Source: Octopus vulgaris (lineage: Eukaryota). From it: 64,000 bases of DNA. A program made the translations under genes and the position numbers. Each line of letters opens with the position of its first letter. Position 1 is the stretch's first letter. The stretch is from the NCBI GenBank assembly GCA_951406725.2, contig OX597824.1:56606001-56670000 (forward strand), given 5' to 3'. The notes under the pieces are model-generated. The model searched no databases. It was not told the DNA's origin and worked only from the letters and a program-made list of their open reading frames with translations. Positions 52,300 through 64,000 of this stretch are shown in pieces.

Positions 52300-55169
52300 T
52301 TAAAGATCACAATCTCTCCGCTCCATGTTGTAGTCTACCATCCAACCGGGAGAGCGCCTTGCTCGTCGAGATCTTCTCAAGCTGGGCTCCTCATTCTCCC
52401 CCTCTCCAGAATCATCGTCCGTCAAAGCAACAATCCTGCGAAGGTCCAAGACGTGTCGTGGTGTTCCATCTACGGATACGTTGCTTCTGGAATTGATCGC
52501 CGTCACCGTTCCTCTGCTCCATTGAGACGTACAGCGCGCCTTTGGTGGCTTGACCCAGACTTCCTCCCCTATTTTCACGCGAACGGGTCCCTTCTCTTCC
52601 TCGTGACCCTCCGGCGCTTTGCTCGGGTGCCTCCATTCATATTTGAACACAGCTCTCTGCGGCACAGATTCCTCAGCCTGTCCGGATCGGGGAGACAAGT
52701 TGTACCAAAAAACTGCTTCAAGCGGCGAAATGTGACCTCTTTCCGCTATGGCCTTGACTGTCCGATGGTGCCTCTCCACGATCCCGTTACCGCCTGGCCT
52801 ATACGCTGCTCTGAACAAGCGTCGCACGTTCCACCGATCAAGCATAACCCTCAATGCTTCCGAACGAAACGCCGCCCCGTTGTCCATCAGTAGTTCTTCC
52901 ACGGGACCTCTCTCTAAAAATATCCCGTTCAGGATCTGCACGATCTCGTCAGCAATGCCCGATCTCAACTCCTCCAAATGGCCAGCCGGCCCGGCCCACA
53001 GTCGACCATGGAGAGGTACATTCGGTGACGGTAGTGTGTCACATCCACAGCTAGCCTTTTCCAGTTCTGCTCCACGGAAAGGCTTCCCTGTTCATGCCCA
53101 CACGGAGCAGGGTCGATGGACTGACACCTGTCGCAGCTCCCGACCACCTTCCGGACGCTTCTCCTAGTGATGTCAGCATCAATTTTTTTTGCCAGATACA
53201 GGGTCCTGTCCACACCCAGGTGATGCATAGCGTGCAGTTTCTTCAGTTCAGGGTCATCCAACCGACATGCCGCAGCTATCCCTTTCCGGGCCTCCTCCGG
53301 TTCTTCCAACCACGCCCTTTTCACCCTGGTCAGTACGTTCGCCCTGTTTTTCTCCGAAGGCACGAAAACCACGTTCAGCTTCAGTCCGAATTCGGCGATC
53401 AATTCACCTAGAACTCCTAGACGGCGCTTCACTAACATCTCCGCAGCACCTTTCGTCCGCACTCTCCTGTCACCGGTGATCACCGATCCTACTCAGCCAA
53501 GCACAGTGGCCGAATCCGTCCGCATTTCAATCGTGCGCAGCCCCCATTTCAAGGCCAAGTTCACCCCTTTCAGCAGCGCGTCTAATTCGGCGACATTGAT
53601 GTGGTTGAAATCATCTGCTTTCCGAAGCCAGGCCGCGTCCTCCACCGCAGTGCCTTCGATTGCCAACACCACCCCTATCGCTATACTGCTAGCATCACAC
53701 CAGACGGTCCCGCATTTCGTCTTGGGCACGTACCAGTTCCCCCTGACCGGGTCTTCCGCTCTTGTCCTCTCTAGGATCTCCTGCATCATCGCCACCGTCC
53801 CTTCTCCCACCTTGTCGCCCCACCTTTCTCCTTCTGCTCGTCTCTTGGTGTAACTACACGCCGTGCGCAGCCATCCAGCGATCGGGTAGTGACCGACCAA
53901 CTTCCCACACACCGAGAACAGCTCTCTCCTGCTGACGCTGGAACTCAGCTCTGGGATTTCATTTCCTCTCCGGAACACCAATTCACCTGATCCATCTCTT
54001 CGCAGCTTCAGCCCCAGCGCGGCTCCCCCTTCAATCGACTCCGGTGGCTTAGCAATCAGTCCGAACTTCTCCAGATGTCTAACTACCTCGTCGGCTGGCA
54101 CTACAGTTTCGTCCACCAAAATGTCGTCAATGTAGGAGCTGGTGGCCTTTCTAATCTTGCCGTCTTTCCCTAGGACGGACCTAAGCACTGCCGCCATGAT
54201 CTTCGGAGCGGAATTCAGCCCGAAACCCAGCCTGGTTAGACAGTACGTCCGGCCCTTGTACCGCACCAGCTGATATCGCCACAGTTTGTCGCTCACATGG
54301 AGCTGCAAGTATGCCGATCTCAAGTCGACAATCGTCGCTGCCTCAGTCGACTGTCTCCACTTACGTAATGCCTCACCACAAACGTCTGTCGCCTCACCTC
54401 CCGTGTGACACGATATGTGCTGGTTTAGCTCCCTGAAGTCCAGCACCGGTCTGACTTTTCCCTTCGTAGGCTGCACCACCGCCATCAGGGGTAGCACTCC
54501 GCCCGCTACCTCCTCCTTCCAAGGGACAAGGACCCCTTCCTCGATCCACCTCTCCACCTCGTCTTCAAACTCGACCCTGGCGTGGCCTTTCAGGGTATGC
54601 TGGTAACAGCTCACCCTGTTCTCCAGCGTCGGGGGTTCGTCCTTCCATCGCCACTCTATCGTCCACCGCTGACCATCGAACGCCGCCTGAAAGTCTTTGT
54701 CCTCGATGGTGTAAGCGGCGCAGTCCCTCGTGGGGCTCTGCTCTCTCTGGCGATCCTGACTCGCAGTGCACGACGCCCCCACGCTTCCGAACGTGACCTC
54801 ATTTCCCACAACACTGACGGCACCGAGGCAGTTGATGGCGTCCATCCCCATCACCACATCAACTCCATCTATCACGCGTTCGGCCACAATTGCCTGCAGT
54901 CTTAGCGTCGCGCCGCGCACCACTATCTCTACCTTGCTGCTGCCTCTGCAACGGATTTCGCTGCCGTCGACCGCCCGGAAACTACTCACCCCGTTCCATT
55001 CCTTCGTCACCCTCGAAGTCACCAGGGTGGTCGTGCAGCCCGTATCCACAAGGGCCTTGAACGTCTCCCCCTCGGCCTCCACGTCAATCAATGGCAGCGT
55101 CTCCAATAGCGCCTCTACTCGTTTGAGGGGAAAGTTCGAGAGGCAGCAACTTCCCCGCGGTCGTTTCCC
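52300..55169 (-). CDS. Gypsy pol (PR-RT-RH-IN), -1 frame to gag; TGA at 53493-53495 and a frameshift near 52975
   Basis: Three ORF-track segments give a continuous PR-RT-RH-IN domain order. Confidence 0.92.
55108..55169 (-). promoter_or_regulatory. -1 ribosomal frameshift signal
   Basis: Slippery G GGA AAC (55163-55169) in gag frame, then ggggaagtt/aactttcccc stem and gcctct/agaggc second stem. Confidence 0.8.
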
Positions 55170-55879
55170 TGGCCGCAATCACGGGCAATGTGCCCTGTCT
55201 GCCTGCATCGATAGCAAACGGGCCCCGGCTGCGTACAGTCCCGCGCCATGTGCGGTCCCTGGCATCTAAAACACCGTCCTGAGAACGGCCACTCTCGTTG
55301 CACGGTGAGCTTCTGTACCTCTTTCTCGGGACGTCGTCCGTCTTTACGCGCCTCCGTCACCGCCATCGCTATCGCCTTCCGCCCAGAGTGTCTCGTCAAC
55401 GCGCGAGCATGAGCTACAAGTTCGCCCAATGGCATCTTTTTAACCCCGGGCAGTCGTTGTAGGTGAATCCCTACATCGTCGGGGAACCCATTCACGAACG
55501 CCAGTCGGGCTGCTCTCTCCAGTCCTTCTCCGGCAAACCCGGTTAGAGTCGCTAGCCTTCAAGCTTCTGATGCAAAGTCGTCCACTTGGCCTCCCGTCCA
55601 CCTGATTGCACCTAGCTTAGCGAAAGCTGTGTACTCGCATTCCGTGTATGCGTCACACAAGCGTCGCTCTATATTCTCATCGCTGAGCCGTTCCTCTTCA
55701 TCCATCTCTAGGTAGAGCGACAACGCGCTCCCTTCCAAATACAGCGCCATAAGACTCGCCACGTCGCTTATGCCCTGCAGTCTCGCCACCAGCCTGATTT
55801 TGCGAATCCAGGCCACTACATCGCCTTCGCCGTTAAAAGGTCTGACGACGTCACTGGCGATCCTAATTTTTGCAGACAT
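55115..55879 (-). CDS. Gypsy gag with one in-frame TGA (55559-55561)
   Basis: ORFs 55559-55879 and 55115-55495 are in the same frame; CFRCQGPHMARDC and CYRCRQTGHIARDC. Confidence 0.9.
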
Positions 55880-57786
55880 CGTGTTGAAAAAAAATGTGAA
55901 TGTTTACGAACGGCCGAAATAGCTTGTAGTGAGTGCGCGATTTGAATATAGAGGCACCTACCTTCTCTTCGTAGTGACGGAGACCCTCCAGAGATGACTA
56001 GTCCTTCCTCACAGCCCCGACCCGAACACTAACGATAGCAGCTGCTAGCCCAAACCCTTAGCGACGTCCTCGCACGTCTTGTCACCTCCACGACCCACGT
56101 TGGAAAGGGCGATTTCCGCTCGCTGCGCACGCCTGACAGCTGACCCCTTCCGCTTGCCCCGCTTCCGGTCAACGCACCCGGCTGCTGACGTCCGGCTGCT
56201 GACGTCCAGCTGCTGACGTCATCCCACAGTAGTGTAAATAGTTTTGTTTTATCAGAAGGATGTCATTGGAAACTCATGAATTTTTTGTGGAATCTAGCTT
56301 GAAAATACCCTTGTAAAACCTTGAAAACCCTTGAATTCTCTTTTTAAAAACCTGTAGGAACCCTGTTAACTGTTTTTGATGTTTGACAAAGAGGCCATTA
56401 TTCTACATTTTGCTTTACATTTGAGTATATATTTTATCGTTTGCTCAAAGTGTATTGAAAATGACTGCATTTTAAAAATTTTGATTTGCGGTCATTGGAC
56501 TGAAAATGGACCTGGGTTGGGCATATAATGATATTAATATTCACTTTGAGTACTGTTTTAGCCAGACTGTGGGGGTGTGATGGAGGTGGGGAGTGGTTGT
56601 ACTAGTTTTGGTAGGTTCTGACATAAAACAGTAGTGAACATTTATGAATGCAAAGCTTTCAGTTTGTATCTGTTTTCAACAGATTTGGTCAAATCCATGT
56701 AATTTATGCCAGTAGATTTTTGCCTTTGTGAGTGCATTTGTTATTCTACCATTAAGAACTACTTTTAAGTAGCATAATTAATTAATTTCAGGAGCTGTTT
56801 TCAAGACTATGAAAAATGCAACAGAAGCAGAGGTTAAGTTGCTGACTCGAGAATGGCTTTGGACTGCCAGTGACAGAAATGGTGGCCGAAGGAGGAGAAA
56901 GAAAAATTTGGACAAGTCTGCTCTTGACAATGAATCTGCCACAGATCTCAGGTCTGCACAAATTGAAAATTAAGATAACTCATTTATAGGTTACCTTAAT
57001 ATTTTAAGGTAATCCATTTTAATGATGTACTGGTAACAATAGACTGAATAACTTTGCATACTTGGTTTCATCTTCAATTCAAATTACTCATTCACCAGGT
57101 TAGTAAGTAATACTCCTCTCTGTGATTTCAAATACAATTTTATTGATGATATCTCTTGCATTTAGTATGTTTTTCCTATTTCTGCACATTCTAAATATAT
57201 TTATTTTTAACAAATCTCCCAAATTTCAAGTCATAAAATCGAGCCCTAAAATAAATACCGTTACTCCTTATTTACTGGTCTTTATGTGCAGATATGAATG
57301 ATTGTTGAACTTTGTCACAAACAGCCACAGCTGTATAAGTGACCTTAACGCCAATTAAATAAATATCTTAGTTTTACAGTGTATATTGGCCAGTATATCT
57401 TATTTTCTTCTTGGTAGATTAAAAAAATTCCTAACAGACGATAATATTTTTTGTGTTTGACTTCAGTAAAATATGTAAAGAATTTATACTTTAATGTTTT
57501 ATTCTTCCTGTCTGTTTTCCTTTTCTTTTTACTGATGCGATGTCGGCTAATGGAGTATCAAATCGCCATTTTCCTCAGTTATCTCGTGTTGTGTTTTCAC
57601 ATAGAATAAGAACACATTTCCTTAAAAAGCTCATACTATTTTCTTAACCCTAACGTATCTTAATCATCTAGTATATTTCAACGAAAAATTCTCTGCTAAC
57701 ATTTCCTTTCTATAAATTAACTAAATTTTTACACGCTAGGCCACTGGTAATGGAAATTTCTAATATTTCCGATTTCCCTTTGATAA

Positions 57787-58274
57787 TGTAAGAAATATGA
57801 ACGCACGTGGTCGCATTGTGTAGGGAATACGATCGCACGTGGTCATATTCTTAACGAATTATTATAAGCCATAAATACAATACAGTGCCAAAAGGACATA
57901 GGTGAATTGACGACGGCGGAGATAGAAGGCTTTCTGTGGTGAGTGTACATTAGCGTCGTCGTGGCTGATCGTCTGTCGCTGTGACTGGAACATGTTGAGT
58001 AGCTCTGTGTGGTCTCCGACTAAGACCTTAAAAGGTCTTAAGCCAAAAGACAGTGAATCGTGATATATCAGCCTATTTAAAGAGTTAAGATGGCTCAAAT
58101 GAAAAGTCCTATCCGAAAGCCGTGATTGGTCAGTTTACCCACTGGCGCGAAGTAAGTAGAGAGACAGACCGCGCTTAGATGCCAACCAATCAAAATAGTG
58201 GACACAATAACGTTAAACTAGCCAAAGATGTTTGTAATCTCAAACGAGATCATTCTTAATATTTCTCTCAAACA
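57787..58274 (-). mobile_element. Solo-LTR-like promoter module B
   Basis: Diverged homolog of 50980-51300; TG...CA ends. Confidence 0.5.
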
Positions 58275-58306
58275 GTGAAGATAGCAATGAAGAAAACAAT
58301 ATTGCT

Positions 58307-58346
<40 letters not shown>

Positions 58347-58410
58347 ATATTTCGGAATGGTCATTTTGCCAGTTTAGCCAATAAATAAATATATATATAT
58401 ATATATATAT

Positions 58411-61400
58411 AACGGGAAGCTTTATGAAAATAGACAAAAGACGAAGGTAGGTTTACGGAAATAAACAAAAGACGAAGGCAGGTGGAATACAAACAAACAA
58501 TTGTATTAGTATGGCGCTCAGGAAATATAAATAAAACAAGTCTTTAACGTTTCGAGCCTACGCTCTTCAACAGAAAGATACACAGAGAAGAAACACAGAA
58601 AGAAGGAGAGAAAAAAAATGCGTGCAGAGGCTAGCGAATCAACATGGCGATCTGATTTCGGCCAGAAGTCAAAGATCAAACGTGAGACGCAAGAGCGAAA
58701 TTAGGGGAGATAATAGGGTTAAATGACCTCGCTCCAACATAAGAGTGTGTGTGTGTGTGTATGAGAAGAGTGTGTGTATGTGTATGAGAGAGTATTAGTG
58801 TGTATGAGAGGTCTGGACGTGTGTATGTATATATGATGTGATGTATAAAGTCGTATGGTGTAGTGTAGAGAGGAGATGAGGGAAGAGGGGGGAGGTAAGG
58901 GGCGAGAGAGGGGAGGGGTGAGGGGGAGGGGGGAAAGAAAGGGGAGAAGAGGAGGGGGAAGGGGGAGAAGGAAGAAGAGGAGAAGAGGAGGGTAGAGAAG
59001 GGGGAGAAGGAAGGAGAGGAGAAGAGGAGAAGAGGAGGGAGGATAGAGGGAGAGGGGGAGAGAGAGAGAGAAGGGGAGTGAGGGAGCAGAGAGAAAGAGG
59101 GAAGGGGAAGAGGGAAGAAGGAGGGAGGGAGAAAGAAGGAAGAAGGGAAAAGGAGTAGGGGTGAAAGGATGAAGGACTGAAGAGAAGTAGGGGTCGGGGG
59201 AGGTTAGATGAGGAGGGGGGAGATGGGGGGGGGTTAGATGAGGAGGGGGGAGAGTTGAGACCAAATGGCGTATAAGAGCGAAGAGAGAAGATTAATTCCT
59301 GTTCACGGCGCAAACGGGAATCCGGATGGCCTCTGTGCAAGGACAAACCGAACACAGACAGGTGTTGCAAGGAGTGACCGGTGGAGCGGAAATGGCGTGA
59401 GACCGGTGTGTCGTTCGCAAGGCGGATGTCACGGAGGTGTTCCGCGAACCGGTCAGCCAAGCGGCGTCCCGTTTGTCTGATGTACAGGGAATGGCAGAGA
59501 GAGCAAGAGACGCAATAGATAATATTGCTGGAGGTGCAGGTGAAGGAGTTGATGATGCGATAGGGTCGATGATGGGTGTCAGTGAGGAGGGTGGTGTTGG
59601 AGAGGTAAGGGCAAGTGCGGCAACGTGGGCGGGAGCAGGGGAACGAGCCAGGTTGGGAGGTAGGGTCAGGGAAGGAGCTATGGACCAAAAGGTCTCGAAG
59701 GTTATGGGCTCGTTTGAAAGAGGGGAGGGGTCGGTTAGGGAAGAGGTGTGAAGTGGACGGGTCGGACTGGAGATGACGGAAAGCTCGAAGAATGGTGCGT
59801 TGGAGAGGTAGGGTAGTGGGGTGGTAAGTGAGGGGAAAAGGGAGGCGGGAGACTACAGGGAGGGTTCGGGAAGAGAGAGCAGATACACGGTCCACGGAAC
59901 GTGCTCTGGCAAGGGCGGTGTGGATAGTGGTGAGGGGGTATCCACGTAGGATGAAGTGGTGAGCCATATGTTGAGACTGAGTCTCAAAGTCATGGTCGTC
60001 ACTACAGAGCCTACGTAGACGGAGGAATTGGGAATAGGGGATGGAAAGCTTGGTGTGTTCTGGGTGGGAGGAAGAGAAGTTGAGGTATGAGTGTGAGTCT
60101 GTGTATTTGTAGTGAATGGAGGTGGTAAGAGTGGAGTGAAGAATGCTAACCGAAATGTCGAGGAAGGAGACAGAGGTGTTGGAGATAGTGGAAGTGAAGT
60201 GGAGGGCTGGATGGAAAGATTGAACGAAAGAGAGGAAGGAATCTAGATGTTCACGGGAGAGTGAGGTGGCACCGATAATGTCGTCAATGTAACGACCGTA
60301 TAGTTCAGGAGTGGGACCAGTGAAATTAGAGAATATTTGGGCCTCAACATAGCCAACGAACAGGTTCGCATAGTTGGGGCCCATTCGCGTTCCCATGGCC
60401 ACTCCCGAGAACTGATGGTAGAACTCGCCCGTGAACGAGAAGCAGTTAAGAGTAAGGACAAATTCGGCCAGACGAATGAGTGTGGAGGTGTCAGGTTCAG
60501 GGTTGGAGCGGAGGTCGAGGAAGTGTTGAAGTGCCTGCAGTCCTTCGTGGTGAGGGATAACGGTACAGAGGCTCTGAATGTCCATAGTAAAAAGGATTTT
60601 GGAGGAGCCGGGAGGAAAGGAGAAAGAGTTGAAAAGCCGGAGAGCATGGTTGGTATCGTGGATGTGGGAGGGAAGAGACGCCACTAGGGGGGCAAGGACA
60701 CGGTCGAGATGAGCTCCGTGGGACAGTTACAGGCGGAGACAATGGGGCGGCCAGGGTTGTTGGGTTTGTGGATTTTGGGGAGGAAGTAAATGGTGGGGGT
60801 ACGTGGGATTCGCACAATTAGGTTGGATGCGGTGTGGGGGAGACGGGAGGACGAGATGAGGTCGTGGACAGTAGAGGATACCGTCTGTTGGTAGCTACGT
60901 GTGGGGTTAGAGGACAGAGGGGAGTAGAAGGAGGTGTCATTGAGTTGGCGGAGAGCCTCGGCCCTGTAGAGGTCCGCGCGCCACACCACTACAGCTCCAC
61001 CCTTGTCAGCCGGTTTGATGATAATGTCAGCGCGCCGTTGGAGGGAACGAAGAGCCGAGAGCTCGGCCGGGGAGATGTTGAGGCGGCGTTGGCGCCTGGA
61101 GAAGTTGAACCGCTCCAATGCACGCTGACAAGCGCCCGCGAAAAGATCCACTGCTAGGAACTGGCCGGGGGCAGGCGTCCACGAGGATGGTCGGCGGCCC
61201 AGGTCAGTGAAGCGGTCCTCTTCGTTGGATGCGGGTGGTGAGTCGCGGAAATGCGCACCCAACCGGACGTGGCGCACAAAGCTGTGGACATCAACTCGCG
61301 TCTGGAATTCCTTACAGGATGGAGTGAGGGGGATGAAACGCAGACCCCCTACTAAGGACGGAGCGTTCCGCCGCAGAGAGGGGAAGATCAGGGGGGGAAT

Positions 61401-63361
61401 GGTAACAACAGACGGAAGTGGAGAAGGGGTGGGTGGAATAGAAGTAGGAGGGGTGGTAGGGCTCGTGGAGGTCTGAGGGGGAGGGATTGGGGAGGTGTGT
61501 GTGGGGTTGTTGGGAGGGGCAGTAGGGTTAGGTGTAGGTAGATGGAGCCTATCAGGAGGGGAGGAGGGGTTGTTGGGAGGGGCAGTAGGGTTAGGTGTGG
61601 GTGGATGGAGCCTATCGGGAGGGGAGAAGGGTAGTGGAGGAGTTGGGGTGGTGGCGTCGGGTGTGGTGGAATTGAGGAGTGATTGGAGTTTACGAAGTTT
61701 GGTATCGGAAAGAAATTGATGGAAGAGGTGATTCAAATGGATAATGAAGCGTAGCGTGTTTGGAGCATAGAAAGGCGGCAGAGAGGAGAAAAACGTGAGG
61801 AAAGCAGGAGGAAGAAGGCGGTTGATGGTATGTAGTTTAGAGAGATTGGAGCGAATGGTGGCCCGCATAAGGCGGTAAGATGTGGTGCGGAGTATGGGTA
61901 AGATGGAAGAATCCGAGTGGAGAGCAGGGTGGAAGTGGAGGCGGAAACCTTTAGGGATGAGTCGGTGATGTAGGCAGCGGCTTAGGAAAGAGACATGGCT
62001 AGAGAAGCGGGTTTTTTAAAAAAGAAGCAGAGAGAGATTAATGGACGGCTGAAAACAGTTTAGGGGGAGAGGGCGGAGGTGATCCTTCAAACGGTGGTGG
62101 ATAGTGAGAAGGTAGGATTTGTAGTCAGGCATGGTGGGATAGTGAAAAAAAGGGGAAAAACCAAACGTTCGAAAAAAAAAACAACATAAAAAGCAATCGT
62201 ATGAAAAAACTAGATAAAAAAAGCGGTAGGGGCAGAAAATAAAGGCGGAGAAGATAGGGCAAATGGAAAAAGGAAAGAAAGAAGGGAAGCAGAGAGAGGG
62301 GGAGGCAAAAAAGGGGGTGCAGGCAGAGGAAACAGAGTATGGACATCCAGAGAAGGAAGAAACGACGGAAAGGAGGACAAAACTGCAGGAAAATGTGGAA
62401 AGTATGAAATGAATGTAAAAAAAGGATAATATATGAGAAAATAAAAATAAAACGAACGGGACAGTTTATGCGAACAAGTTCAAGGTTGAGAGTTCAAGGT
62501 TAGAAATGTATAGACGTCGTGGTATATTTTTTAAGGATTTCACATCAATAACAAAGTCACTTTGATCCGTGAAAGAGAGGTGCAGCCAATGGTAAGTATC
62601 CAAGGGGTAAAGAAAATCCAATGTAGAGGTAAGAGTTGATAGTGGTGTTGGTAGAATATAGGATGAAAGTGAGACCACGTGAGCGCGTAATATATAACGG
62701 GAAGCTTTATGAAAATAGACAAAAGACGAAGGCAGGTTTACGGAAACAAACAAAAGACGAAGGCAGGTGGAATACAAACAAACAATTGTATTAGTATGGC
62801 GCTCAGGAAATATAAATAAAACAAGTCTTTAACGTTTCGAGCCTACGCTCTTCAACAGAAAGATACACAGAGAAGAAACACAGAAAGAAGGAGAGAAAAA
62901 AATGCGTGCAGAGGCTAGCGAATCAACATGGCGATCTGATTTCGGCCAGAAGTCAAAGATCAAACGTGAGACGCAAGAGCGAAATTAGGGGAGATAATAG
63001 GGTTAAATGACCTCGCGCCAACATAAGAGTGTGTGTGTGTGTGTGTATGAGAAGAGTGTGTGTGTGTGTATGAGAGAGTATTAGTGCGTATGAGAGGTCT
63101 GGACGTGTGTATGTATATATGATGTGATGTGTAAAGTCGTATGGTGTAGTGTACAGAGAGGAGATGAGGGAAGAGGGGGGAGAGAGGGGAGGGTGAGGGT
63201 GAGGGGGGAGAAAGAAAGGGGAGAAGAGGGGAGAAGGAAAGGGGAGAAGAGGAGAAGAGAAGGGGGAGAAGGAAGGAGAGGAGAAGAGGAGGGGAGAGAA
63301 GGGGGAGAAGGAAGGAGAGGAGAAGAGGAGGGGAGAGGAGGAGGGAGGATAGAGGGAGAGG

Positions 63362-63363
<2 letters not shown>
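58411..63363 (-). mobile_element. Penelope-like element with direct pLTR repeats (partial tandem), in (TA)n
   Basis: 62696-63363 duplicates 58411 to about 59100; ORF from ATG 62132 (HVSFLSRC..LIPKGF), IKPADKG, LPKIHK, GVAMGT, RYIDD, CSRPRCRTC linker, NIIY/LYI GIY-YIG; several frameshifts. Confidence 0.95.
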
Positions 63364-63406
<43 letters not shown>

Positions 63407-63576
63407 TTTATATTATTAAAAGAAAGTAGATGGATTTAAAGTAAAATGACAAATACGAGCCACCAGCATTGTCATACAACCGATCACCATCTTCAGTATC
63501 ATATGATTGATATGATTATATATTTATTAAAATGTCATGTGTGTTCGTTGTGTTAAGTCAGCTGTACATTGTGTGT

Positions 63577-63945
63577 GGAGGCGCAATGGCCCAGTGATTA
63601 TGGCAGCGGACTTGCGGTTTCGATTACCAGACTGGGAGTTGTGAGTATTTATTGAGCAAAAACACCTAAAGCCCCTCGAGGTTCCGGCAGGGAATGGTGG
63701 TGAACCCTGCTGTACTCTTTCACCACAACTTTTTCTCACTCTTTCTACCGGTTTTTTGTTGTACCTGTATTTCAAAGGGCCAGCCTTGTCACACACTGTG
63801 TCATGCTGAATCTCCCCGAGAACTACGTTAAGGGTACACGTGTCTGTGGAGTGCTCAGCCACTTACACGTTAATTTCACGAGCAGGCTGTTCCGTTGATC
63901 GGATCAACTGGAACCCCCGTTGTCATAACCGACAGAGTGCCACAT
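63577..63945 (+). mobile_element. tRNA-derived SINE (fourth family)
   Basis: ggaggcgcaatggcccagtg (A box-like), gtttcgattacc (B box-like) head. Confidence 0.7.
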
Positions 63946-64000
63946 AGTGTGTGTCTATAAGCTAATTTTCAATAAGATTCTAAGAATATTCAAGGCTATC

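Larger units (their letters stand above)
51955..56228 (-). mobile_element. Full-length young Ty3/Gypsy LTR retrotransposon
   Basis: LTRs 51955-52286 and 55925-56228 (TG...CA); gag with two CCHC knuckles, PR ALVDTG, RT YIDD, RNase H CDAS, IN HHCC and GNGIVER; purine-rich tract before the 3' LTR. Confidence 0.97.
49070..56973 (+). pseudogene. Spliced DUF4806-like transposon accessory gene remnant (exons about 49070-49292, 50064-50280, 56792-56973)
   Basis: AG/GT-bounded segments; coiled coil then FPCESQEDVEALEAKL; final exon EWLWTASDRNGGRRRR*; frameshifts and missing middle. Confidence 0.55.

Noticed and set aside
53493-55561. In-frame TGA codons as readthrough or selenocysteine
   Set aside because: They fall where Trp (TGG) and Arg (CGA) fit the context; simple point mutations are more likely and no SECIS was recognised.
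58719-59264. Pro/Leu/Ser-rich ORF extension of the Penelope protein
   Set aside because: Low-complexity purine/pyrimidine tract of the pLTR read through after a frameshift.

Overview
AT-rich, repeat-dense eukaryotic genomic DNA; the SINE/RTE/microsatellite repertoire looks like an octopus (coleoid cephalopod) genome (inference). One host gene is recoverable by hand: seven phase-compatible coding exons (6616-35651, + strand) of a UBXN1/SAKS1-like protein (C2H2-type finger, coiled coil, C-terminal UBX with FPR loop); its 5' exons lie upstream of the window. Most of the rest is nested mobile DNA: RTE, Tx1/L1, R4/Dong and CR1-like LINE pieces, tRNA-SINEs, two hAT elements (one nearly intact), piggyBac, Tc1/mariner, a Helitron, a young full-length Gypsy LTR element, a Penelope-like element with pLTRs, and a spliced DUF4806-like transposon accessory gene remnant. 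Most unusual: a ~350-nt hammerhead-ribozyme-bearing non-coding element present twice in circularly permuted order with terminal fold-back arms (retrozyme-like); three sense-strand hammerhead motifs in UBXN1 introns, one with a non-canonical core; an ORF1-only L1/Tx1-type element inserted beside the A box of a tRNA-SINE; and recurrent local inverted duplications. All calls are by eye; no searches were run.
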